Of a stretch of 64,000 nt of DNA, positions 12,501 through 22,092 are shown in pieces (the first letter of the stretch is position 1; each line of letters starts with the position of its first letter). The DNA is taken from NCBI GenBank assembly GCA_038087875.1, contig CM075996.1:2978001-3042000 (forward strand). Reading direction: 5' to 3'. Below the pieces are notes generated by a model. That model saw only the letters and a list, made by a program, of their open reading frames with translations, had not been told where the DNA came from and made no database searches. This stretch comes from Malacoraja senta (Eukaryota). The translations under genes and the position numbers were made by a program.

Positions 12501-14016
12501 AATGGCCTCATCCTGCACCTATTTTCTATGTTTCTATGTTTTTAATAAAATATAAACTAAAGGTGCAGCGTGGAAACAGGCCCTTCTGTCCATCGATTAC
12601 CCGTTCATGCTAGTTTCTACCTTATCCCATTTTCTCATCCACTCACTCCCTGCGCACTTGGGGGCGGTTTACAGAGGGGCCGATTAACCTACGTTGCCGC
12701 ATGTCTTTGGGACGTGGGAGGAAACCGGAGAGCCCGGAGGAAGCCCACGCGGTCACGGGGAGAACGTGCAAATCTCCGCACGCGGACAGCACCCGAGGTC
12801 GGGATCGAACCCGGGTCTCTGGCGCTGCGAGGCAGTGGCACTACCCGCTGTGCCACCGGGCCCGCACGTTCTGGCCTGTGTCTGAACAGGAGGGATAAGA
12901 GCGCTGGAACAAAGCCGTGCTCTTTGGAGGTGAGGGCGGCACGATGGCGCAGCGGTAGAGACCCAGGTTCGATCCTGACTACGGGTTCTGTCTGTACGGA
13001 CTTTGTGCGATCTCCCGCTGACCGTGTGGGTTTTCTCCGAGATCTTCGGTTTCGTCCCGCACTCCAAAGACGTTTAGGTTTGTAGGTTAATTGGCTTTGG
13101 TATAAATGCAAAATTGTCCCTGGTGTGTGCAATTGTCCTTAGTGTTCAGTGATCACTGGTCCATGTGGACTTGATGGGCCGAAGGGCCTGTTTCCACGCT
13201 GTATCTTCCATTACATTAATCTTCCATTACATTAGCCCTTAGAGCTTCTCCTTCTTCTTGCGTATGGCGTGCACAGCCTAAAGTTGTAGGATAACTTGTT
13301 CTATTTGATCTTATTTGATTGTGCATGATTGCATATGTCGAAACAGGGTGGACCACGTGAAGGTTGCAATCTCCCAACATGCCCTTAGGGCTAAAGGAAT
13401 CAAGGGAAAAACTGGGCTTGTATAGACTGGAATTTAGAAGGATGTGAGTGGACCTTATTTAAACATATAAGATTATTAAGGGATTGGACACGCTAGAGGC
13501 AGGAAACATGTTGCTGATGTTGGAGGAGTCCAGAACCAAGGGGCCACAGTTTAAGAAAAAGGGGTAAGCCATTTAGAACGGAGATGAGGAAAAACGATTT
13601 CACCCAGAGAGTTGCGAATCTGTGGAATTCTCTGCCTCAGAAGGCAGTGGAGGCCAATTCTCTGGATGCTTTCAAGAGAGAGTTAGATAGAGCTCTTAAA
13701 GTTAGTGGATATGGGGAGAAGGCAGGAACGGGGTACTGATTGTTGATGATCAGGCATGATCACAGTGAATGGCGGTGCTGGCTCGAAGGGCTGAATGGCC
13801 TATTCCTGCACCTATTTTTCTATTTCTATAAGAGAGATTAATTAATCCCTGACTCAAACGAGCTTGAACAATACAGCACAGGAACAGTGCTTTATAAGTG
13901 GCATAGCGTTGATAGGTGTGAACAAGGACAGTCTTACCCTCCTCTGTCTGGTGGACAAGGCTGAGGACGAGAGCGGAATATATCCCAACGTAGACAGCTC
14001 TTCCTTTAGCAAACAT
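422..14016 (-). CDS. csf2rb: Cytokine receptor common subunit beta (IL-3/IL-5/GM-CSF receptor beta c), 5' part; 8 coding exons: 14016-13938, 12178-12037, 9664-9507, 8175-8018, 7177-6985, 3382-3244, 1749-1592, 570-422; continues beyond the left edge
   Basis: Exons join in frame (1176 nt = 392 codons) with intron phases 1,2,1,0,1,2,1,0, the class I cytokine receptor pattern repeated twice. Two tandem cytokine-receptor homology modules: D1 '[15 protein letters not shown]', D2 '[14 protein letters not shown]', D3 '[20 protein letters not shown]', D4 '[20 protein letters not shown]'. These resemble human beta c ([35 protein letters not shown]). Confidence 0.9.
1300..1566 (+). mobile_element. HER1/CR1-type LINE 3' end
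   Basis: [19 protein letters not shown] tail followed by GGGCCGAAGGGCCTGTTTCC, the tail shared with the SINEs. Confidence 0.75.
1592..1749 (-). CDS. csf2rb: csf2rb exon, D3 second half (TQVCNSTV...HGCNIHV...YEVSLQ...PYRN)
   Basis: Acceptor ctctttaccag|, donor A|GTGAGT, 158 nt, phase 2 to 1. Confidence 0.88.
1818..2257 (+). mobile_element. CR1 LINE 3' fragment
   Basis: C-terminal ORF2 peptide ([14 protein letters not shown]...GYGEKAG) and TTCTATG tail. Confidence 0.9.
2265..2482. mobile_element. PIF/Harbinger-type MITE (~218 bp)
   Basis: TIR TGGGCCTGTCCCACTTAGGCGA / TCGCCTGATTGGGACAGGCCCA, flanked by TAA and TTA; TIR related to the 34351 element. Confidence 0.75.
3244..3382 (-). CDS. csf2rb: csf2rb exon, D3 first half ([25 protein letters not shown]...[11 protein letters not shown])
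   Basis: Acceptor ttcctccacag|, donor GA|GTAAGT, 139 nt, phase 1 to 2; not in the ORF track. Confidence 0.92.
3580..4225 (-). mobile_element. Rex1/Babar LINE 3' fragment
   Basis: Degenerate [17 protein letters not shown]...[18 protein letters not shown]...[11 protein letters not shown] plus 3'UTR with AATAAACTAAAC tail. Confidence 0.85.
4425..5576 (+). mobile_element. Rex1/Babar LINE, 5'-truncated, with open RT C-terminal part (ORF 4585-5394)
   Basis: [24 protein letters not shown] motifs; 3'UTR ending AATAAA plus (TTGAC)n. Confidence 0.92.
5990..6618 (+). mobile_element. Unclassified GC-rich non-autonomous retroposon with L2-like 3' tail
   Basis: CpG-rich body, T-rich spacer, tail GTAAGGTGTCCTTGGG...GAAAGGCGCC..AAATAAAAT(ATT)n. 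Confidence 0.5.
6985..7177 (-). CDS. csf2rb: csf2rb exon, D2 second half with WSAWS motif
   Basis: Acceptor tcttctgcag|, donor G|GTAACG, 193 nt, phase 0 to 1; YAARVRARP...[10 protein letters not shown]. Confidence 0.9.
8018..8175 (-). CDS. csf2rb: csf2rb exon, D2 first half ([22 protein letters not shown]...[13 protein letters not shown])
   Basis: Acceptor caaccttcag|, donor GAG|GTAAGG, 158 nt, phase 1 to 0; FN3 pattern; not in the ORF track. Confidence 0.9.
9135..9495 (+). mobile_element. Penelope-like element 3' terminal fragment (pLTR)
   Basis: Encodes EQHLIF...[11 protein letters not shown] (GIY-YIG C-terminus-like), pyrimidine tract, then CTGAAGAAGGGTCTCGACC hammerhead-like motif. Confidence 0.75.
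9507..9664 (-). CDS. csf2rb: csf2rb exon, D1 second half (HHLCNRTES...[13 protein letters not shown]...FNLLDN)
   Basis: Acceptor caccatttag|, donor A|GTAAGT, 158 nt, phase 2 to 1. Confidence 0.85.
9913..10436 (+). mobile_element. CR1 LINE 3' fragment (young subfamily)
   Basis: [21 protein letters not shown]... and TTTCTATG tail; near-identical to 15873-16410. Confidence 0.9.
10515..11040 (+). mobile_element. Penelope-like pLTR with a nested second hammerhead-bearing unit
   Basis: [13 protein letters not shown] peptide; motifs at about 10587-10617 and 10912-10940. Confidence 0.7.
12037..12178 (-). CDS. csf2rb: csf2rb exon, D1 first half ([24 protein letters not shown]...FVTGAP)
   Basis: Acceptor catactttag|, donor AG|GTTCAT (weak), 142 nt, phase 1 to 2, C-x9-CxW motif. 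Confidence 0.85.
12560..13205. mobile_element. Head-to-head pair of HE1/V-SINE-type SINEs (minus 12560-12860, plus 12933-13205)
   Basis: tRNA-like head (A box TGGCGCAGCGG, B box GGTTCGATCC), V-domain TCCGGTTTCCTCCCACA, LINE-shared tail. Confidence 0.8.
13247..13380 (-). mobile_element. Short non-autonomous Ingi/Vingi-like retroposon with HDV-like ribozyme fold at its 5' end
   Basis: 12-bp TSD GCCCTTAG(A/G)GCT (13235-13246 / 13381-13392); 3' end ...GCCATACGCAAGAAGAAG; 5' P2/P3/P1 pairing pattern (see findings). Confidence 0.7.
13938..14016 (-). CDS. csf2rb: csf2rb first coding exon (signal peptide [26 protein letters not shown])
   Basis: ATG at 14016, hydrophobic stretch, phase-1 donor G|GTAAGA at 13937; candidate acceptor upstream at 14089 (tgttgttgcag|). 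Confidence 0.8.
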
Positions 14017-14179
14017 CCTGAATGGTGCTGGGAAACTCCTTCGCTCGCAAGGCAGCAGAGAGGGAGGTGCAGGCTCCAGCGCTCACATCTGCAACAACAG
14101 ACACAAGGGCACAGAGATTCCATCAGCTTGAGTAATGAGCGTGTGACTCACTGCCGTTGTACAAACAGGCTGAAAACAA

Positions 14180-15430
14180 CTGTGTGTGTGAGAGTGCGAC
14201 TGTAAGTGTGTGTGAGTGTGAGTGGGCGCGAGAGTGTGTGAGTGCGAATCTAAGTGTGTGTGTGTGAGTGGGCAAGTGGCTGCGTGTGAGAGTGGGCGCG
14301 TGCGTGAGTATGCGAGTGTAAGTGTGTGAGTGGGCGAGTGTGTGAGTGTGTATGTGTGTGAGTGTAAGTGTGTGTGTATGTGTGTGTGTGAGTGGGTGAG
14401 TGTGAGTGGGCGCGAGAGTGTGTGAGTGTGAGTGGGTGCGTGTGAGAGTGGGTGAGTGTGTGAGTATGCGAGTGTGTGTGTGAGTGGGCGAGTGTGTGAG
14501 TGTGTATGTGTGTGTGTGTGTGAGTGTGTGTAAGTGTCTGTGTATGTGTGTGTGTGTGTGAGTGGGTGAGTGTGTATGTGTGGGTACGTGTGAGTGGGTG
14601 AGTGTGTATGTGTGGGTGCGTGTGAGAGCGGGTGAGTGTGTGAGTATGCGAGTGTAAGTGTAAGTGTGTGAGTGGGCGAGTGTGTGAGTGTGTATGAGTG
14701 TGTGTGAGTGTGGACGAGTGTGTGAGTATGCGAGTGTGAATGTGTGTGCGTGAGTGTGTGAGTGTGTATGTGTGTGTGTGAGTGTGAGTGGGCGCGAGAG
14801 TGTGTGAGTGTGAGTGGGTGCGTGTGAGAGTGGGTGAGCGTGTGAGTATGCGAGTGTAAGTGTATGTGTGAGTGTGTGTGCGTGTGAGAGTGGACGAGTG
14901 TGTGAGTATGCGAGTGTGAGTGTGTGTGCGTGAGTGTGTGAGTGTCTGTGAGTATGCGAGTGTGTGCGTGAGTGTGAGTGTGTGTGTGTGCGTGGACGAG
15001 TGTGTGAGTGTGCGAGTGTAAGTGTGTGAATGGGCGAGTGTGCTTATGTGTGTGTGAGTGGGTGTGAGTGGGTGTGAGTGTGTGTGAGTGTGAATTTGTG
15101 TGTGAGTGTGTGTGTGTATGTGTGAGTAAGTACAAGAGTGTGTGTGAGTGAGTGCAATATTGTGTGAGTGCTTACGCATGCAATCATTGTGACGATAAGT
15201 GCATGGGTACATGTGTGTGAGAGTGTGCATGTGAGTGTGTCTGTGAGGGTGTGTCAGCGAGTGCATGAGTGTGTGTGATTGTATGTGAGTGTGCGCATGC
15301 ATCAATGTGACAATAAGTGCATGGATACATGTGTGCATGTGCGAGTGTGAGTGTGTGCGCACGCGTGCATCAATGTGACTGGGTGCTTGGGAGTGTGTGT
15401 GAGTGTGTGTGAGTGTGTGTGAGTGTGTGT
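14180..15430. repeat. Complex (TG)n/(GAGTGT)n low-complexity array
   Basis: ~1.25 kb degenerate dinucleotide/hexamer repeat; source of the His/Thr pseudo-ORFs. Confidence 0.95.
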
Positions 15431-15872
15431 AAGAGTGATTCTGTGCGGCTGTGACTCCAAAACTGCAGGAGCTGTAAACCTGAAATAAAACCCGGAGAGG
15501 CAGCATCTGGAGGCAGAAACAATGAACACTTCATGTGTGGACACTCGATGAGTGTGCAAGTTTGCACGCCCGTGTGCATAGTGTGTACAAGATAGAGAAA
15601 CCGTCTGTGTGTATCTTCGCAAACCTGCAGGGAATATTTCAGCTGCATTTGGATGCATTCTGTACACTATTGACACCACAATAATTAATCTTAGTTTTTT
15701 TGTGTTTAGTTTAGAGATACAGCGCGGAAACAGGCCTTCCGGCCCACCGAGTCCGCACCGACCAGCGATCCCCGCACACTAACACTATCCTGCACACACT
15801 AGGGACAATTTACATTTATTACAAGCCAATCCTGTACGTCTTCGGAGTGTGGGAGTTAGTCGTAAGGTCATA

Positions 15873-18800
15873 GAAACATAGAAACATAGAAACATAGAAA
15901 TTAGGTGCAGGAGTAGGCCATTCGGCCCTTCGAGCCTGCACCGCCATTCAATATGATCATGGCTGATCATCCAACTCAGTATCCCGTACCTGCCTTCTCT
16001 CCATACCCTCTGATCCCTTTAGCCACAAGGGCCACATCTAACTCCCTCTTAAATATAGCCAATGAACTGGCCTCGACTACCCTCTGTGGCAGAGAGTTCC
16101 AGAGATTCACCACTCTCTGTGTGAAAAAAGTTCTTCTCATCTCGGTTTTAAAGGATTTCCCCCTTATCCTTAAGCTGTGACCCCTTGTCCTGGACTTCCC
16201 CAACATCGGGAGCAATCTTCCTGCATCTAGCCTGTCCAACCCCTTAAGAATTTTGTAAGTTTCTATAAGATCCCCTCTCAATCTCCTAAATTCTATAGAG
16301 TATAAACCAAGTCTATCCAGTCTTTCTTCATAAGACAGTCCTGACATCCCAGGAATCAGTCTGGTGAACCTTCTCTGCACTCCCTCTATGGCAATAATGT
16401 CCTTCCTCAGATTTGGAGACCAAAACTGTACGCAATACTCCAGGTGTGGTCTCACCAAGACCCTGTACAACTGCAGTAGAACCTCCCTGCTCCTATACTC
16501 AAATCCTTTTGCTATGAAAGCTAACATACCATTCGCTTTCTTCACTGCCTGCTGCACCTGCATGCCTACTTTCAATGACTGGTGTACCATGACACCCAGG
16601 TCTCGCTGCATCTCCCCTTTTCCTAGTCGGCCACCATTTAGATAATAGTCTGCTTTCCTGTTTTTGCCACCAAAATGGATAACCTCACATTTATCCACAT
16701 TATACTGCATCTGCCAAACATTTGCCCACTCACCCAGCCTATCCAAGTCACCTTGCAGTCTCCTAGCATCCTCCTCACAGCTAACACTGCCCCCCAGCTT
16801 AGTGTCATCCGCAAACTTGGAGATATTGCCTTCAATTCCCTCATCCAGGTCATTAATATATATTGTAAATAGCTGGGGTCCCAGCACTGAGCCTTGCGGT
16901 ACCCCGCTAGTCACTGCCTGCCATTGTGAAAAGGACCCGTTTACTCCTACTCTTTGCTTCCTGTTTGCCAGCCAGTTCTCTATCCACATCAATACTGAAC
17001 CCCCAATGCCATGTGCTTTAAATTTGTATACTAATCTCTTATGTGGGACCTTGTCGAAAGCCTTCTGGAAGTCCAGATACACCACATCCACTGGTTCTCC
17101 CCTATCCACGCTACTAGTTACATCCTCGAAAAATTCTATAAGATTCGTCAGACATGATTTACCTTTCGTAAATCCATGCTGACTTTGTCCAATGATTTCA
17201 CCAGTTTCCAAATGTGCTGCTATCCCATCTTTAATAACTGACTCTAGCAGTTTCCCCACTACCGATGTTAGACTAACTGGTCTGTAATTCCCGTTTTCTC
17301 TCTCCCTCCATTCTTAAAATGTGGGGTTACGTTTGCTACCCGCCAATCCTCAGGAACTACTCCAGAATCTAAAGAGTTTTGAAAGATTATTACTAATGCA
17401 TCCACTATTTCTGGAGCTACTTCCTTAAGTACTCTGGGATGCAGCCTATCTGGCCCTGGGGATTTATCGGCCTTTAATCCATTCAATTTACCCAAAACCA
17501 CTTCCCGACTAACCTGGATTTCACTCAATTCCTCCAACTCCTTTGACCCGCGGTCCCCTGCTATTTCCCGGCAGATTATTTATGTCTTCCTTAGTGAAGA
17601 TGGAACCAAAGTAGTTATTCAATTGGTCCGCCATATCCTTGTTCCCCATGATCAACTCACCTGTTTCTGACTGCAAGGGACCTACATTTGTTTTAACTAA
17701 TCTCTTTCTTTTTACATATCTATAAAAACTTTTGCAGTCAGTTTTATGTTCCCTGCCAGTTTTCTTTCATAATCTATTTTTCCTTTCCTAATTACGCCCT
17801 TTGTCCTCCTCTGCTGGTCTCTGAATTTCTCCCAGTCCTCCGGTATGCTGCTTTTCTGGCTAATTTGTACGCATCATCCTTCGCTTTAGATACCATCCCT
17901 GATTTCCCTTGTTATCCACGGATGCACTACCTTCCCCGATTTATTCTTTTGCCAAACTGGATGAACAATTTTTGTAGTTCATCCATGCAGTCTTTAAATG
18001 TCTTCCATTGCATGTCCACCGTCAACCCTTTTAGAATTAATTGCCAGTCAATCTTGGCCAATTCACGTCTCATACCCTCAAAGTTACCTTTCTTTAAGTT
18101 CAGAACCATTGTTTCTGAATTAACAATGTCACTCTCCATCCTAATGAAGAACTCAACCATATTATGGTCACTCTTGCCCAAGGGGGCACGTACAACAAGA
18201 CTGCTAACTAACCCTTCCTCATTACTCAATACCCAGTCTAAAATAGCCTGCTCTCTCGTTGGTTCCTCTACATGTTGATTTAGATAACTATCCCGCATAC
18301 ATTCCAAGAAATCCTCTTCCTCAGCACCCCTGCCAATTTGATTCACCCAATCTATATGTAGATTGAAGTCACCCATTATAACTGTTTTGCCTTTGTCGCA
18401 CGCATTTCTAATTTCCTGTTTGATACCATCTCCAACTTCACTACTACTGTTAGGTGGCCTGTACACAACACCCACCAGCGTTTTCTGCCCCTTAGTGTTT
18501 CGCAGCTCTACCCATACCGATTCCACATCCTCGAACCTAATGTCCTTCCTTTCCATTGCGTTAATGTCCTCTCTAATCAGCAACGCTACCCCACCTCCTT
18601 TTCCTTTCTCTCTATCCCTCCTGAATATTGAATATCCTGGATGTTCAGCTCCCAGCCTTGGTCACCCTGGAGCCATGTCTCCGTGGTCCCAACTATATCA
18701 TAGTCATTAATAGCTATCTGCACATTCAACTCATCCACCTTATTACGAATGCTCCTTGCATTGAGACACAAAGCCTTCAGGCTTGTTTTTACAACACTCT

Positions 18801-19265
18801 TACCCCTTATACAATTATGTTGAAAAGTGGCCCTTTTTGATTTTTGCCCTGGTTTTGTCTGTCTTCCACTTTTACTTTTCACCTTGCTACCTATTGCTTC
18901 TACCCTCATTTTACACTCCTCTGTCTCTACGCTCACACATTTAAGAAACCCTTTCCCTTTAACTCCATCCTCCACTATCCCATTCGACACCCCACCCCCC
19001 TTATTCAGTTTAAAACCACCCGTGTAGCAGTGGCCAAACCTGCCTGCCAGAATGCTGGTCCAACCTGTTAAGATGCAATCCGTCCCTTTTGTACAGTTCC
19101 CCCTTACCCCAAAACAGATCCCAGTGATCTAAGAATCTAAATCCCTGCCCCGTGCACCAGTTCCTGAGCCACACGTTCAGGTCCCGTATCTCCCTGTTCC
19201 TGCTCTCGCCAGCACGAGGAACTGGAAGCAAACCGGAGATAACAACCCTGGAGGTCCTGCTTTTC
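15873..19265 (-). mobile_element. CR1 LINE, ~3.4 kb, 5'-truncated in ORF1, frameshifted ORF2
   Basis: ORF1 SGNH-esterase end (VISGLLP...DGLHLN), APE (CLNARSI, ETW, YRPP, GDFN, SDH), RT (GVPQGSVLGP, FADD), (TTTCTATG)n tail, apparent TSD AGGTCATA at 15865-15872 / 19266-19273. Confidence 0.95.
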
Positions 19266-19459
19266 AGGTCATACGCGAAAGACAGAATAATACCATTCGG
19301 CCCATCAAGTCTACTCTGCCATTCAATCATGGCTGATCTATCTTCCCTACAAACTCCATTCTCCTGCCTTCTCCCCGTAACCCCTGACACCCGCACTAAT
19401 CAAGAATCTATCTATCTCTGCCTTAAAAATATCACTGACTTGCCCTCCACAGCCTTCTG

Positions 19460-19770
19460 TGACACTGCGGCAAAGCGGTAGAGTTGCTGCCTTACAGCGC
19501 TCGCAGTGCCAGAGACCCGGGTTCGATCCCGACTACGGGTGCTGTCTGTACGGAGTTTGCACGTTCTCCCCGTGACCCGCGTGGTTTTTTTTTTCCCCGA
19601 GATCTCCGGTTTCCTCCCACACTCCGAACACCTACAGGTAGGTCGATAAATTAGGCTTGGTAAAAAACGTAAAAATTGTCCCTAGTGTGTGTAGGATGGT
19701 GCGGGCGAGCGGGGATCGCTGCTAGGCGCGGACTCGGTGGGCCGAAGGGCCTGTTTCCGCGCTGTATCCC
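19460..19770 (+). mobile_element. HE1/V-SINE-type SINE
   Basis: tRNA head, V-domain and GGGCCGAAGGGCCTGTTTCCGCGCTGTATC tail. Confidence 0.85.
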
Positions 19771-20099
19771 TCAAGTAAACTATGCAAGTTACCGAAGGTG
19801 GGAGAGCGAGTAGGTACCTGGACATGAATGCTGGCAAAAAAAACAGGCTGCCCATTATGGCAATCATGAGGAAAAAGCTGCCTCATACCACCAAACAACA
19901 ACCATGGGTGTCGGCTATCACAGGAAAAGTGTGGATGGAAAGGAAGGCTGGTAGCCTCTGTTCCTGTTGACAGGGTTATATTTATTGTGCTGTGAGCAGA
20001 TTGACGGGGAGATAGGTTTCTGTGGCGAGGATGAGATCCCGCAGAGGCCCAGCACCAGACAGAGATAGAAAGTTGAAGCCTCATGGTGGTTTTGTGTGT

Positions 20100-20310
20100 T
20101 GAATATCTCACCATCTCCCCCGAGGCTCGGGTTTCCTGCTTGTACGCGAACAGGACACAGCAGCACATGAGATAAGGTGTGGCTTTCTCACGACCCCTGC
20201 CCTTGCAGCTTCGCAACCAGCCTCGAGAAACCCACTTCTGGAGTAGGGAGCCAGGCCCTTCTGCCCTTCGAGACTAGCCCATCAAGATGAAAGGGGGAAC
20301 TATTCACATC
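20100..20310 (-). promoter_or_regulatory. Candidate csf2rb proximal promoter and non-coding first exon
   Basis: Unique island ~6 kb upstream of the ATG exon; PU.1-like AAAGGGGGAACT (20290-20301), AGATAA (20170-20175), ETS TTTCCTG (20132-20138), minus-strand donor ATG|GTGAGA at 20111. Confidence 0.4.
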
Positions 20311-20599
20311 ACAAGGTACACAAAAATGGTGGAGAAACTCAGCGGGTGCAGCAGCATCTATGGAGCGAAGGAAATAGGCAACTGTTCGGAGGCCGAAACC
20401 CTTCTTCAGACATTCCAGGGACCAATTTTACTGTTGTGTTGTGTTGTGTCTTTTTAAAATTGTTTTTTTTTCTAATAAGTAAATACTGACTTCTCGTTCT
20501 ATTCTAAGAAGGGTTTCGGCCCGAAACGTTACCCATTTCCTTCGCTCCATAGATGCTGCTGCACCCGCTGAGTTTCTCCAGCATTTTTGTGTACATTCC

Positions 20600-21072
20600 A
20601 CATCACAATCTGGTTGGGAACTGCTCTGCCCAGGACAAGAAGGCTCTGCAGAGAGTAGTGCGTTCGGCCGAACGCACCATGGGAACTACACTCGCCCCCT
20701 CCCTGCAGGACCTCTACACCAGGAGGGGCAGATCCAGAGCCAGCAACATTATGGGGGACCTCTACCACCCCAGCAACGGACAGCTGCTACGGTCAGGCAA
20801 ACGCCTCGCTGTCACGCTGTGTAAACAGAGAGGATGAGACGGAGTTTCTTCCCACAGGCCATCAGGACTGTAAAGTCCTATCTCACCAGGGACCAATTTA
20901 CTGTTGTGTTTGTGTTGTGTCTTTTTAAAATTGCTGTTTTTTTCTAATATGTAAATACTGATTCTGTTCTATTCTGTTCTGTAGTTTTTGCACAATCCGC
21001 AGGCATTGCCACTGTCATTTCACTGTACATCTTGTATGTATGTGTATGTGACAAATAAACTTGACTTGATTT
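20600..21072 (+). mobile_element. Rex1/Babar LINE 3' fragment
   Basis: GNCSAQDKKALQRVVRSAER... plus 3'UTR and (TTGAC)n tail; same subfamily as 59940-61222. Confidence 0.85.
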
Positions 21073-21607
21073 GACCAGGACTATGATTGCACCGCAAAAG
21101 TACTGGAGTAACCCAGTGTGGGTCAGGCAGCATCTCTTAGAGATTTAGACGGGGAGAGATACAGCGCGGAAACAGGCCTTCGCCCACCAGCGACCCCCCC
21201 CCTACACTCACACTACCCTACACACACTTCGGACAGTTTTACAATTTTAACCGAAAACCCAAATAATCTACAAACCCGTACGTAGACAAATGTCTGAAGA
21301 AGGGTCTCGGCCAGAAACGTTGCCTATTTCCTTCGCTCCATAGATGCTGCCTCACCCGCCGAGCTTCCCCGGCACTTTTGTCTACCTTCGATTTTCCAGC
21401 ATCTGCAGTTCCTTCTTAAACACAAACCCGCACGTCTTTGGAGTTTGGCAGGAAACCGGAGCACCCGGAGAAACCCCACGCAGGTCACGGGAGGGGAACC
21501 GTACAAACTCCGTACAGACAGCACCCGTAGTCAGGATCGAACCCGGGTCTCCGGCACTCTGTGCCGCCCCATATCATACCTTTTCCCCACCTTCCCTAGC
21601 CACGAGT

Positions 21608-21807
21608 NNNNNNNNNNNNNNNNNNNNNNNNNNNNNNNNNNNNNNNNNNNNNNNNNNNNNNNNNNNNNNNNNNNNNNNNNNNNNNNNNNNNNNNNNNNNN
21701 NNNNNNNNNNNNNNNNNNNNNNNNNNNNNNNNNNNNNNNNNNNNNNNNNNNNNNNNNNNNNNNNNNNNNNNNNNNNNNNNNNNNNNNNNNNNNNNNNNNN
21801 NNNNNNN
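21608..21807. other. Assembly gap (200 N)
   Basis: Run of exactly 200 N, a placeholder of unknown true size. Confidence 1.
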
Positions 21808-21876
21808 GATCCATTACTCCAGATACCGCAAGCTCTCAGGCTGAGAGCGGTGGGTCTGTAGACGTGTTCCACTGGA

Positions 21877-22092
21877 ATGGGAGGTGTGAGATGGATATTG
21901 GAGCTGCCCCCTCTTCAATGGTTGCGTTGCCTGGACCTGCCCACCTTCCTTGTCTTCCTGGTGGTCTTCCTTGGGCTGGCGGCCCTGTGGAAGCGCTGGG
22001 TGGTCCGTCATCTCCCCCCTGGTCCGCCCATGTGGACCCTGGCCTCTAACGTGTTCCTCGGGTCCAAGGCGCCCCATCTGGCCTTGACAGAG
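21877..22092 (+). CDS. CYP2 exon 1 (membrane anchor, PPGP)
   Basis: [14 protein letters not shown]...[17 protein letters not shown]...LPPGPP...PHLALTE, donor GAG|GTAAGC. Confidence 0.88.

Noticed and set aside
14083..15506. 350-418 aa His/Thr-rich ORFs (also 16-453, 40303-41472, 60964-61812)
   Set aside because: Translations of (CA)n/(TG)n microsatellites with no coding signal.
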